In this document: positions 19,898 to 28,153 of the stretch, one piece after another | How positions within the stretch are numbered: position 1 is the first letter of the stretch | Layout of the letters: every line of letters begins with the position of its first letter | DNA from: a virus | Taxonomy: Duplodnaviria; Heunggongvirae; Uroviricota; Caudoviricetes | Strand: one strand, 5' to 3' | IMG/VR virus record: IMGVR_UViG_3300025467_000526 | Span: 1-64,000 of that record | DNA: 64,000 nt | Made by a program: the position numbers and the translations under genes | Notes under the pieces: generated by a model | The model's input: only the letters and a program-made list of their open reading frames with translations | What the model was told of the DNA's origin: nothing | The model's database searches: none

Positions 19898-20903
19898 TAA
19901 ACTGTGTTCCTAACTTGTCGAACTTGCCGCATTGTTTGGCACATTCATAAACTGGGTCGTTAGCCCAGGTGTTTTCAATACGATTAAAATAACCCGAATT
20001 GAAAATGTCCTCTAAAGATTGTTCATGTAGATTAGGAAACTCTCCAATCTTGTCCATATAATCGATACGAGTATATTGTTTATGTAATTTTTCTTTAAAG
20101 TCCATCCAGCAACACGGACCGACATTACCAGACGCCGCAACATAAATTTGTTTGTATTTGACTGCCTTGCAAGTAATAACACAAGAACTTTTGTCTACCA
20201 CTTGATCCATAGGCATATCTTTTGCATACTTTAAAACTTCTGGAAGTATTTCTTCAGTTTTGGTACTTGGCAATAAATGATACAATGTCTTGCCTGAATC
20301 ATCTAATACTGGAAATTTAATATCAGTAAATCGAGTTGTGTGTTTTACTTGGAATAAATTAAATCCTAACTGGGCAGACAGACGGCGACATGCTTCTACT
20401 TGATGCTCATTGTGTTTGAACACCAGCATGTGCCAATCTGCATGGCCACCTGCTTGTATGAATGCAGTTGCATTTTTTATAATTCTGTTCCAATCTGTGT
20501 CTATTCTATAAAGAGAATGAGTGTCTTCTAATCCGTCAATACCAAATACTACTCTAATATCTAATTTAGCTAACTCTGCCCACCATTGAGTACTTCTAGC
20601 ACTGCCGTTTGTATGCATACTCAAACGTATATTAGGATTAGTTGTTCTGAGGTACTGAAAGATTGCCAAACAATCTTCTGCAATGATAGGATCACCCAAG
20701 TTGCCGCACATGAATAAACTATCTAGTTGACAGATAAAATCTTTACTGAACCATTTTTTAAATGTATCTAAATCTATTTCCACTAATGTCATGAGCGGAT
20801 TCAATGTGCCGCCGTTGATACGCCTTGGGCACATAGGGCAACGTGCTTGACATTTAGTAGTTACTTCTAAGTGTATATCTCGTATGTCTGTTAGTTTATA
20901 CAT
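19887..20903 (-). CDS. radical SAM enzyme, paralog family C (SPASM/twitch-like)
   Basis: CQARCPMC, GNLGDP, and C-terminal C…CCWMDF…C…CAKQC. Confidence 0.65.
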   Translation of the reverse strand: MYKLTDIRDIHLEVTTKCQARCPMCPRRINGGTLNPLMTLVEIDLDTFKKWFSKDFICQLDSLFMCGNLGDPIIAEDCLAIFQYLRTTNPNIRLSMHTNGSARSTQWWAELAKLDIRVVFGIDGLEDTHSLYRIDTDWNRIIKNATAFIQAGGHADWHMLVFKHNEHQVEACRRLSAQLGFNLFQVKHTTRFTDIKFPVLDDSGKTLYHLLPSTKTEEILPEVLKYAKDMPMDQVVDKSSCVITCKAVKYKQIYVAASGNVGPCCWMDFKEKLHKQYTRIDYMDKIGEFPNLHEQSLEDIFNSGYFNRIENTWANDPVYECAKQCGKFDKLGTQFNAN

Positions 20904-21856
20904 TTTGGTATTTTGCTGTCTGCACTACTTACGCAACGAGGCGTTGAACATATACGAGGTGCGGAAAACAAAGTAAATTTTTCTATCGTACCTAATGGCT
21001 CATCCCGACAACTATAAGCTCTTTTAACTTCAGTACCTTTTATTATAACACTTTGATAGCCTGCATTGCAAGTCCAATTGGTAAAACTATTGAACCCTAA
21101 TGCGTTGAATCGTTCTGCTTGATCTATAAAATAATTCTGATTACCGTCGGTTAACCTGATTTGATATCCTTCCTGCTGTTCAAAGTCATTTTGCATTATA
21201 GTAAGCATATCAGGAGTATAGCCTTCTACAATAGCAGTAGCAGTATCATTGCTTTGTGGTTTGAGAGTTACGTTGATTCCACGAGCACGAAGGCGTTCAC
21301 AGCGAGCCAATGTTTCATAAAACACACTGGGAACCATTACTTGATTAACTGTTACATGTACCTGTTCATACATTAACTGTAAACATTTGTCTCCAAACTC
21401 TTGCTCTCTAGCATGTTCTGCGTGAAAACTGGCAGTGATACTTCTTCGCTGTAGGCAGTCTGTAACATCGCTCCAATGCTTCCACCATTTTGATCCTGGA
21501 CTTAAATTAGTTGTCATATGGATACTTTGGTACGGGCTTTCGGTTTCGTCCAAATGTTTGATCAAATTGAGCAAATCTCGATAAGCAGTCGGCTCACCTC
21601 CGCTGAAGCTCCAGTGGAATTCTTCAAATCCATTTATCCTAGCCTGGCGTTTGATTTCATCTATAACGGATTTATACACTTCTAAGGTTTGGTGATCCGG
21701 TTGATCGCTTCTAGCGTAGGGCCAACAGTAGGAACATTTATAGTTACAAAATCTACCCAGGATCCAACTAATGTTAAATAATGGACGATCCAACATAGAT
21801 TGTTGTCCAAAACGTTGTATTTTTGCGAAAGGTATAGTTGAGAATTGCATTGACAT
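20891..21856 (-). CDS. radical SAM enzyme, paralog family A
   Basis: CNYKCSYC, FSGGEPT, and C-terminal NWTCNAG…C…C.TPRC. Confidence 0.7.
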   Translation of the reverse strand: MSMQFSTIPFAKIQRFGQQSMLDRPLFNISWILGRFCNYKCSYCWPYARSDQPDHQTLEVYKSVIDEIKRQARINGFEEFHWSFSGGEPTAYRDLLNLIKHLDETESPYQSIHMTTNLSPGSKWWKHWSDVTDCLQRRSITASFHAEHAREQEFGDKCLQLMYEQVHVTVNQVMVPSVFYETLARCERLRARGINVTLKPQSNDTATAIVEGYTPDMLTIMQNDFEQQEGYQIRLTDGNQNYFIDQAERFNALGFNSFTNWTCNAGYQSVIIKGTEVKRAYSCRDEPLGTIEKFTLFSAPRICSTPRCVSSADSKIPKCIN

Positions 21857-21879
21857 TATTTACACATGGTGCTATAATT
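21851..21879 (+). promoter_or_regulatory. consensus sigma70-type promoter for the tRNA-like gene
   Basis: TTGACA (21851-21856), exact 17-nt spacer, TATAAT (21874-21879). The predicted transcription start at about 21886 coincides with the first base of the tRNA-like acceptor strand. Confidence 0.6.
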
Positions 21880-21885
21880 AACAGG

Positions 21886-21998
21886 CAGACGTGAGTGTAA
21901 CTGGTAAACCTCCTCCTAGTAAGCTGACCCCCAGCTGAACGGAGGGCAAGGGTCTAGCTCTTAGAGCGACTTTGGAAGTTCGAATCTTCCCGTCTGTA
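21886..21998 (+). tRNA. tRNA-like RNA gene (113 nt, atypically long; identity undetermined)
   Basis: The 3' end is canonical: T-arm GGAAG-TTCGAAT-CTTCC, then acceptor strand CGTCTGT, discriminator A and encoded CCA. The only 5' partner is GCAGACG at 21886-21892 (7 bp including one G-U). A long variable-arm-like hairpin GCTC-TTA-GAGC is present. The D-arm folds poorly. A CCTCC/GGAGG helix encloses an extra AGCTG-ACCCC-CAGCT hairpin. This could be a type-II tRNA with an insertion or intron, or a tRNA-like element. Confidence 0.45.
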
Positions 21999-22028
21999 CC
22001 ATTGTTAACTAATAGAAAGAAGTTTAAA

Positions 22029-22352
22029 ATGAAAAAGATTGTAATTGCAACATTGATGTTTATTAGCACTAGTGTATTTGCGTACAACGATGATCCTGCA
22101 GAATTGTTTTCTACAGCTTCCAATGTCACCACTGAATCCAAAATCAAATGGGTATCGGTAAATGATGTTACGGCTCAATGCAATAGAGAACGTAGTGCCA
22201 AAGGACAAGCAGGGTTCAATGCTAAATTAAAAGCCTGTAGTTTTTGGGACGACAATCACACATCCTGTACTATCATTACAGGTAAAAATGTTAACATGCA
22301 TACCATTGGACATGAAATGCGTCATTGTTTTCAAGGCGATTGGCATCAGTGA
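22029..22352 (+). CDS. small secreted protein with a C-terminal HExxH zinc-metalloprotease-like motif
   Basis: Start moved to ATG 22029, giving MKKIVIATLMFISTSVFA-YN, a signal peptide with an AXA-type site. HEMRHC lies 11 aa before the stop. The track's longer ORF (21972) would run through the tRNA-like gene. Confidence 0.5.
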   Translation: MKKIVIATLMFISTSVFAYNDDPAELFSTASNVTTESKIKWVSVNDVTAQCNRERSAKGQAGFNAKLKACSFWDDNHTSCTIITGKNVNMHTIGHEMRHCFQGDWHQ

Positions 22353-22750
22353 GAAATTTAGAAGAAGAAATTTGGCGCGATGATGAGATCCTAAACAAGA
22401 TCCGTACTCGCGACGACTATGCTCAAAATGTCTATGCGGCATTTTGTAATATGCGTTGGTGCCCTAGAGAACTAGTTCCAGCATTAAGACAAGATGACAA
22501 AAAAGACTTGTGGCATTGTAGTTGGAGAAGTGCTGGCGGCTTAGTTGCAGATTGGCAAGGTAAGGGCGGAGACTATATGGACTGGTACTGTTCCGGTATT
22601 AGAGGCGGTTTGAGTATCGACGGTAAAGAAGATGCCGAGTATTTTGAACGTACTAAGTATGTGTCCGAAGGTGTTATCACTGAAGAAGTTGAAAAAGACT
22701 TTAACCGTTTGGGCTGGTTTCCGGTTCCTTGGGACGATGACGAAGATTGA
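22325..22750 (+). CDS. hypothetical Cys/Trp-rich acidic protein
   Basis: 141-aa ORF that overlaps the previous gene by 28 nt in another frame. The start is uncertain (ATG 22325 or GTG 22349). Confidence 0.4.
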   Translation: MFSRRLASVRNLEEEIWRDDEILNKIRTRDDYAQNVYAAFCNMRWCPRELVPALRQDDKKDLWHCSWRSAGGLVADWQGKGGDYMDWYCSGIRGGLSIDGKEDAEYFERTKYVSEGVITEEVEKDFNRLGWFPVPWDDDED

Positions 22751-22764
22751 GAGTAAATAATACT

Positions 22765-22935
22765 ATGACACATTGGACTGTAACTTTAGAAGAAACAGAT
22801 GATGGAAGTGGGGATTTAATTTTGCCATTTCCTGAAGATTTTTTAAAGGCCGTTGGATGGCAAGAAGGAGATACACTTGAGTGGAAAGATAATGGAGACG
22901 GATCCTGGATCCTTGAAAAAGTAAAAGATGAGTAA
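22765..22935 (+). CDS. small hypothetical protein
   Basis: ATG 22765 (MTHWTVTLEETDDG…) is preferred over the upstream TTG 22747 used by the ORF track. Confidence 0.4.
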   Translation: MTHWTVTLEETDDGSGDLILPFPEDFLKAVGWQEGDTLEWKDNGDGSWILEKVKDE

Positions 22936-23149
22936 AAAAGAAGATGTAATTGAATTAACTGGACTAGTCAAGGAAGTGTTGCCTGGTAACATGTTCAGAG
23001 TAGAAGTAAACAATATGCCCGAATTATTACTTTGCTATATGGGCGGCAAACTCAAACAACATAAAATTAGAATCATAGAAGGCGACAATGTTAAATTGGA
23101 AGTTAGCCCATATGATTTAACCAAAGGTCGTGTAACTTACCGACTTTGA
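22928..23149 (+). CDS. infA: translation initiation factor IF-1 homolog (S1-like OB fold)
   Basis: The 73-aa protein MSKKEDVIELTGLVKEVLPGNMFRVEVNNMPELLLCYMGGKLKQHKIRIIEGDNVKLEVSPYDLTKGRVTYRL aligns along its full length with bacterial IF-1 (…[20 protein letters not shown]…[32 protein letters not shown]…). Confidence 0.8.
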   Translation: MSKKEDVIELTGLVKEVLPGNMFRVEVNNMPELLLCYMGGKLKQHKIRIIEGDNVKLEVSPYDLTKGRVTYRL

Positions 23150-23174
23150 CATGTGCTTTATTGTATGCTATAAT
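23146..23174 (+). promoter_or_regulatory. consensus sigma70-type (early-like) promoter
   Basis: TTGACA, 17 nt, TATAAT, all exact. It lies inside the long form of the downstream ORF, which argues for a CDS start at 23205. Confidence 0.65.
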
Positions 23175-23204
23175 ATTCACATATTAACTCGTACAGTGAG
23201 CGAC

Positions 23205-23885
23205 ATGGAACATAAAACTTTTCCTACACAGCAAGTATTAGAATTGGCCTGTGCCGCACAAAGAATTAACGGTGAGTACCTTAAAGTACCTGAGGCTGTT
23301 TATGCCAATGATGGAGTTTATATGTACACCAAACAGGCTAACAAAACTCTAATGCTTTATACACTGGATACCAGAATGGTTATCCCTGATACTAAAGTGC
23401 TCAAAATTGAATCTGAAGATATTACTCGAGCAGAAGAAATTCGTAGTTACTACAAAAGATTAATGTTTGCCGCAATCGACGGCGAGAACGAATTCCTTAC
23501 AAAAATTAATTCCTTACTGAGCGGTGATACAGTTAAAGAAAATGAATTTGGTTGGATTGCTTGTCTGCCTAGTGTACAGGCCAAAGATAAGATGCACAAT
23601 GAAGTTAAAAAGATTTCACGTCAAGTTGACGAAGGATTTTTAGGAAGTCCTGGAGATCGTTTGGCAGATTTAGATTGTGAAATTCTTGAGGTAATTAAAT
23701 CAAAGAACTTTGACGGATGGAACATCTGTGCTATAATAAACAATAAAATGGCAAGTTGGATGAGTCAAACAGAACTGAAACGTGGACCATGCGTCATTGT
23801 CAAAGCAAAAGTAAAAGATAACAGCAAACACTGGAAACATGGAAACGATGAGACCAGACTTAACTATGTAAAGGCGGCACAATAA
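23205..23885 (+). CDS. hypothetical protein
   Basis: Start set at ATG 23205 (MEHKTFPTQQ…), downstream of the consensus promoter. The ORF track starts at 23151. Confidence 0.5.
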   Translation: MEHKTFPTQQVLELACAAQRINGEYLKVPEAVYANDGVYMYTKQANKTLMLYTLDTRMVIPDTKVLKIESEDITRAEEIRSYYKRLMFAAIDGENEFLTKINSLLSGDTVKENEFGWIACLPSVQAKDKMHNEVKKISRQVDEGFLGSPGDRLADLDCEILEVIKSKNFDGWNICAIINNKMASWMSQTELKRGPCVIVKAKVKDNSKHWKHGNDETRLNYVKAAQ

Positions 23886-24058
23886 TGGCGGGTACAGCGA
23901 AATCGGTTTACTTAACAATTACCAAAAAAAGTAGTTATAAGACAGAATTTACCAAAGTATTCTTTGATGCTAAAGCATACAATGAATATGTAAAGACAGA
24001 TGAGTTCAAAGCCAAATGGCCTAAAGAAGAGTTTACTATTACCAAAGAGGTATACTAA
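23885..24058 (+). CDS. small hypothetical protein (57 aa, not in ORF track)
   Basis: MAGTAKSVYLTITKKSSYKTEFTKVFFDAKAYNEYVKTDEFKAKWPKEEFTITKEVY. TAATG overlaps occur at both ends (23885 and 24058), which is typical of translational coupling. Confidence 0.4.
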   Translation: MAGTAKSVYLTITKKSSYKTEFTKVFFDAKAYNEYVKTDEFKAKWPKEEFTITKEVY

Positions 24059-24312
24059 TGGGTAAGGCAAAACATAAACCCTATCAATGGATTGATGGTG
24101 AAACTGCTGATCGCATTACTAGTCTTAACTTAAAGGACTATCGTGCTTATCTTAAAAAAGAACTAAAACAGTGGAAGAAGAATCCTAAAACAGAATCTAA
24201 CCCAGATGGCTATTGGTTGCATCCAGATGACATAGTAACTAATATGCGTACCATTGAAGCATTAGATTTAATTATCAGTCACTTTCCAGAAACATCGGAT
24301 GAAATAAAATGA
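24058..24312 (+). CDS. hypothetical protein
   Basis: 84-aa ORF in a coupled gene chain. Confidence 0.45.
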   Translation: MGKAKHKPYQWIDGETADRITSLNLKDYRAYLKKELKQWKKNPKTESNPDGYWLHPDDIVTNMRTIEALDLIISHFPETSDEIK

Positions 24313-24536
24313 GCAGATACACTACAGTTTATAAAGAAGTCGAGATTGATGTTGACTTAGACGATTTCGATGATGAGGATATTTTAGAAGAAATGGAAAA
24401 ACGTGGACTTGCAGTCGGAGCCAGTGGCGATGGTCGCGAACTGCTCACTGCCATTTGGCTCAAACGTAGACAAGGACAAGACTACCAAACAGAGTTGGAT
24501 CAACTAATTTACAACGGATTGGGGAAAATTATATGA
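24309..24536 (+). CDS. hypothetical acidic protein
   Basis: 75-aa ORF with an ATGA overlap. Confidence 0.45.
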   Translation: MSRYTTVYKEVEIDVDLDDFDDEDILEEMEKRGLAVGASGDGRELLTAIWLKRRQGQDYQTELDQLIYNGLGKII

Positions 24537-25138
24537 AACGAGAACTAGACGAATACCTATGTAAGGTATATCCAAAGATGATGGTTAATCGTGACAAGTC
24601 AATGCAGGAGACTTGTATGTGCTGGGGCTTTGAATGTGGAGATGGTTGGTTCCAGATTCTCAATCAGCTTATGGGTAATATTCAGCATCACATTGATTGG
24701 AAGATTAGACAACGTGAAGTCGCTATCAAATTTAATAAGATGGCTGAACAACTCAAAGCCGGTGACTCTACATTATTCGACGAGGATATGAAAGACATGC
24801 TAAATCGAGATTACGTAGAAAAACGTAAGCAAGAACTTATCAAAGATCCCCCGCGTGAAATTCCCGCAGAAGTTCCGCAAGTAACTCTGGATCAAGTTAA
24901 AGAAAAGTTTGGCACCCTACGCTTCTACTACACAGGCGGTGATGAATACATTCGCGGACTTGTTGACATGGCAGAATCAATGTCAGGCGTAACTTGCGAA
25001 GAATGTGGCAAGCCCGGAACACAGACCCCAGGTGGTTGGATCAAGACAGTGTGTGTAGAACATGGCGGTCAGGATTTTGATACTCCGGAAGAAGAATTGG
25101 AAGAAAATAAATTACTCAAAGAAGGATTCGAGCAATGA
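24533..25138 (+). CDS. hypothetical protein with Cys clusters (possible zinc-binding)
   Basis: Contains CMCWGFECGDGW and CEECGKPG…CVEHG. Confidence 0.45.
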   Translation: MKRELDEYLCKVYPKMMVNRDKSMQETCMCWGFECGDGWFQILNQLMGNIQHHIDWKIRQREVAIKFNKMAEQLKAGDSTLFDEDMKDMLNRDYVEKRKQELIKDPPREIPAEVPQVTLDQVKEKFGTLRFYYTGGDEYIRGLVDMAESMSGVTCEECGKPGTQTPGGWIKTVCVEHGGQDFDTPEEELEENKLLKEGFEQ

Positions 25139-25734
25139 TTACTATGAAAGAATGGATGGAGTTGGTAGGCTATAAAATCACTGAAGGTGGTGATTATGGT
25201 TGGGCTTGTTATGGTCCTAACTCATATCAACTATCTAGTTGGAATGGTATCCACGGCAAAGGTGGATACAGTTTTAACATTGTATTCAGTACTAAGACTC
25301 AAAAGGTCTATGAAGTTTCAGTATGCGACTATACCAATGATCGTGCTTATCGTATGATTGCCGAGGACAAGCAGAAAAAATATGCCAAAGAAGCTAAACG
25401 CAATTTTATTAATTTAAATGAAGCATGGGACAATATCGAGTATGTTGACTTAGAAGTGGATGACGATTTCATTCAAAAATGCCTAGCTATCAAAGCAGGA
25501 GAAGAATACAGCACAGATATAAGCATTCCCCTGGACTTGCCAGACGACTTGCTGATGTTTGCATTCAAGGCCGCACATACTGAGAATATGACGTTCAATG
25601 ACTGGATGAATAAGATGCTTAAAGACTTTATTGACAAAGTTGAAAAAGGCGAGTATAATAAAGAGGATGTTAAAAAGTTTAAAAATGAACACCCTGAATA
25701 TCATTTTGGGGAAGAAATAAACGAGGAAGAATAA
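25135..25734 (+). CDS. hypothetical protein
   Basis: 199-aa ORF with an ATGA overlap. Confidence 0.45.
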   Translation: MITMKEWMELVGYKITEGGDYGWACYGPNSYQLSSWNGIHGKGGYSFNIVFSTKTQKVYEVSVCDYTNDRAYRMIAEDKQKKYAKEAKRNFINLNEAWDNIEYVDLEVDDDFIQKCLAIKAGEEYSTDISIPLDLPDDLLMFAFKAAHTENMTFNDWMNKMLKDFIDKVEKGEYNKEDVKKFKNEHPEYHFGEEINEEE

Positions 25735-25995
25735 ATGAGCGAAACTGTTTTATGTAAAGATTGTAAACATGCAAAATGGAATCCATTGAAATTACATACA
25801 TGGTACTGCCATCGAGAATTAGTTCCAGAAAGTACTAAAGAAAATTTTGTTACAGGACATAAAGTTACTCCGGCATACTATCCTAGTTGCAGTATGGAAA
25901 GACTTAGTTCTAGTCCTTGTGGCAAGTCTGGAAAGTTTTGGTCTCCTAAAAATAAAAAGGATTTGTTTAAATTAATTAAACATGTAAGCGTATGA
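25735..25995 (+). CDS. hypothetical Cys-rich protein
   Basis: Contains CKDCKH…CH…C…C spacing. Confidence 0.4.
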   Translation: MSETVLCKDCKHAKWNPLKLHTWYCHRELVPESTKENFVTGHKVTPAYYPSCSMERLSSSPCGKSGKFWSPKNKKDLFKLIKHVSV

Positions 25996-26852
25996 GAATC
26001 AAACTAGTCAGTGATCTCCATTTAGAGTTCAGTGACATCAACATTCAAAATGATCAGGACTATGATGTACTGATCCTTGGTGGCGATATTATGATCGCAC
26101 AGGATCTCCACGACCATCCTGAGCTTAGTAATACTGCCGATCAACGGGCTATTGCCAATGGCACCGGCTTGGGTCGTAGACAAGAACGTGCTCAACGGTT
26201 CCGTGACTTTCTAAAGCGTTGCAGTTTTCAGTTTCCACATGTAATCTATATTATGGGTAACCATGAATTCTACAATGGAAAGTTCTATGCAGGTATTGAC
26301 TACATGCGTGAAGAGTGCGCCAAGTTTCCCAACATCTATATGCTGGAACAGGACACTAAAATTATCGATGATGTAGTGTTTGTTGGTGGTACGCTGTGGA
26401 CCAACATGAACCGGCGTGATCCATTAACCATGCATGCTATTGAAGGTATGATGAACGATTTTCGTATCATTCGTAACGACTACAGAAGCTATGCTCCTAT
26501 GAGTGCGTTGGATGTCGCTCACAGACACGATAAGACTCTTGCCTACATCAAGCTGATTGTCGAAGAACATAAGGACAAAAAGTGTGTTGTGGTCGGGCAT
26601 CATAGTCCAAGTTTCCAAAGTGTACACGAACAGTATGCTCATGAGACACTCATGAACGGTGGCTATCATAGTGATCTAAGTGAGTTCATTTTGGATCACC
26701 CACAGGTCGTGTTGTGGACACATGGACATACACATTGTCCTTTCGATTATAAGATTGGAGAGACTAGAATTGTTTGTAATCCACGTGGTTACGAAAACGA
26801 TGGTTACAGCGAAGACACAGGTTGGAACCCTAATATTTTATTGGAGATTTAA
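25992..26852 (+). CDS. calcineurin-like metallophosphoesterase
   Basis: Motifs SDLHLE (DxH), GGDI (GDxx), GNHEF (GNHE), GHHSP and GHTH (GHxH) are present. Confidence 0.65.
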   Translation: MRIKLVSDLHLEFSDINIQNDQDYDVLILGGDIMIAQDLHDHPELSNTADQRAIANGTGLGRRQERAQRFRDFLKRCSFQFPHVIYIMGNHEFYNGKFYAGIDYMREECAKFPNIYMLEQDTKIIDDVVFVGGTLWTNMNRRDPLTMHAIEGMMNDFRIIRNDYRSYAPMSALDVAHRHDKTLAYIKLIVEEHKDKKCVVVGHHSPSFQSVHEQYAHETLMNGGYHSDLSEFILDHPQVVLWTHGHTHCPFDYKIGETRIVCNPRGYENDGYSEDTGWNPNILLEI

Positions 26853-26853
26853 T

Positions 26854-27018
26854 ATGGCAGAAGAAATTGTAACAACTACTGTAGCTGAAATGCTACGAGT
26901 AACTGGTAATAATACCAACGACTTTATGCAACAAGTTGCAGAGCATATTGAAAAATTAGAAGATGCAGTAAAACAATTACAGGCTCGTGTGCAAGAGCTA
27001 GAGGAAGGTGTTAAATGA
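26854..27018 (+). CDS. small coiled-coil protein (54 aa)
   Basis: ATG 26854 gives MAEEIVTTTVAEML…LQARVQELEEGVK. The track's 26680 start lies inside the previous gene. Confidence 0.35.
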   Translation: MAEEIVTTTVAEMLRVTGNNTNDFMQQVAEHIEKLEDAVKQLQARVQELEEGVK

Positions 27019-27437
27019 TTGATTGTCTAATAATGGGCGATAGTATTGCTGTAGGTACTGCCCAGGTACGCCCCGAGTGTGTATCATATGCTACAGGTGG
27101 ACTTAATAGTTATCAATGGCTTAATAAGAATGTTGGCAAGAGTCCGTTTGAAGCCAAAACTGTAATTATTAGTCTTGGATCAAATGATCACAAATATATT
27201 AAGACTGAAGAGGAACTACGTACTATTCGTAGACTGACTAAAGCTGATAGAGTGTTTTGGATCATGCCTGCTGGTAATAATCCTAAAAGTGAAGTAAGTA
27301 TCCAAGCAATTATGCAGACTGTTAGTATTGTTGCCAAGGAGTTTGGAGATACTGTAATTACCAATAATCAATTACAGCCAGACCATATCCACCCTAATGC
27401 ACTTGGTTATAAAAGAATTGCAGAGCAAACAAAATGA
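27015..27437 (+). CDS. SGNH/GDSL-family hydrolase-like protein (short)
   Basis: GDSIAVG (block I), GSNDH (GxND) and DHIHP (DxxH) are present. At 140 aa it is shorter than typical SGNH hydrolases. Confidence 0.5.
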   Translation: MIDCLIMGDSIAVGTAQVRPECVSYATGGLNSYQWLNKNVGKSPFEAKTVIISLGSNDHKYIKTEEELRTIRRLTKADRVFWIMPAGNNPKSEVSIQAIMQTVSIVAKEFGDTVITNNQLQPDHIHPNALGYKRIAEQTK

Positions 27438-27853
27438 AAATTGGACTTAGTTATAGTCGATGCGTTAGAGACATTGTCGATGGAGTAGTAGACATTGACG
27501 ATGTTCTCATCATTATTAGCCGTACAGATTTTGATCCTAGAAATGATGTACAATGGGAGAGTATTTGGCAAGGATATCACGAGCCCTATGGTTTGAGTAA
27601 TCCTGAATGGGTAGCTTATCAAGCTGAGGACGAAGACCGATTTCGAAGTGTTAGCATCGAATTACTAGAAACTGGTAAACTACACCAGCCACGTCAATTT
27701 GGAGCACACCCTAGTCGCCGTCCAGAAATTTGGCTAGAAGCTGTATTACCCAATAGTGAATTGGAAAAGAATCCTACAGCCAAAAAGGCTTTTGAAAAGT
27801 TCAAAACTATAGCTGGACTTTCGAGCGTCGAATTAGATGACAAATACCGCTAA
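27434..27853 (+). CDS. hypothetical protein
   Basis: 139-aa ORF with an ATGA overlap. Confidence 0.45.
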   Translation: MKIGLSYSRCVRDIVDGVVDIDDVLIIISRTDFDPRNDVQWESIWQGYHEPYGLSNPEWVAYQAEDEDRFRSVSIELLETGKLHQPRQFGAHPSRRPEIWLEAVLPNSELEKNPTAKKAFEKFKTIAGLSSVELDDKYR

Positions 27854-27865
27854 CTCGTTTATAAT
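27837..27865 (+). promoter_or_regulatory. near-consensus sigma70-type promoter
   Basis: ATGACA, 17 nt, TATAAT, lying ahead of the lipoprotein gene cluster. Confidence 0.5.
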
Positions 27866-27895
27866 ACTCATATAGTAACTAAACGAAAGTTCAAA

Positions 27896-28153
27896 ATGAA
27901 GTATGCATTATTGCTGTCAGCGTTATTGCTTACGGCTTGTGTAGACGAAGATAAGTCCCTAACTTACCAACAGTTGCGGGACTATCCTGTTGATTGCAGT
28001 TTGAAAGATCAACAGTTGCAACAACTTAAAACTATCCAAACAAAATTAAACTTTGATCAAGATCCTGACAAACTCAGCGAACCCGATCGTGTCTATAATA
28101 GTCGCTTAAAAGCCACAATTTGGTGGTATGCTTACAGTTGCGAGCAATCATGA
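27896..28153 (+). CDS. small lipoprotein
   Basis: MKYALLLSALLLTAC carries a lipobox (LTAC). Confidence 0.5.
   Translation: MKYALLLSALLLTACVDEDKSLTYQQLRDYPVDCSLKDQQLQQLKTIQTKLNFDQDPDKLSEPDRVYNSRLKATIWWYAYSCEQS

Noticed and set aside
21886-21998. Reading the 113-nt element as a standard 76-90 nt tRNA with a defined anticodon
   Set aside because: No alternative 5' acceptor strand exists closer to the 3' end, and the D-arm does not fold canonically. An anticodon assignment by eye would be invention.
21878-22147. Minus-strand ORF and the long + ORF (21972..22352) spanning the tRNA-like gene
   Set aside because: Both translate through the tRNA-like T-arm and acceptor sequence. The + strand protein has a convincing signal-peptide start at 22029, downstream of the RNA gene.
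24591-24791. Internal 66-aa ORF inside 24533..25138, and similar nested ORFs (898..1206, 1489..1695, 2431..2616, 3366..3614, 6741..6935, 7194..7463 and others)
   Set aside because: They lie within longer, better-supported CDSs in a different frame or strand, with no RBS or promoter support.
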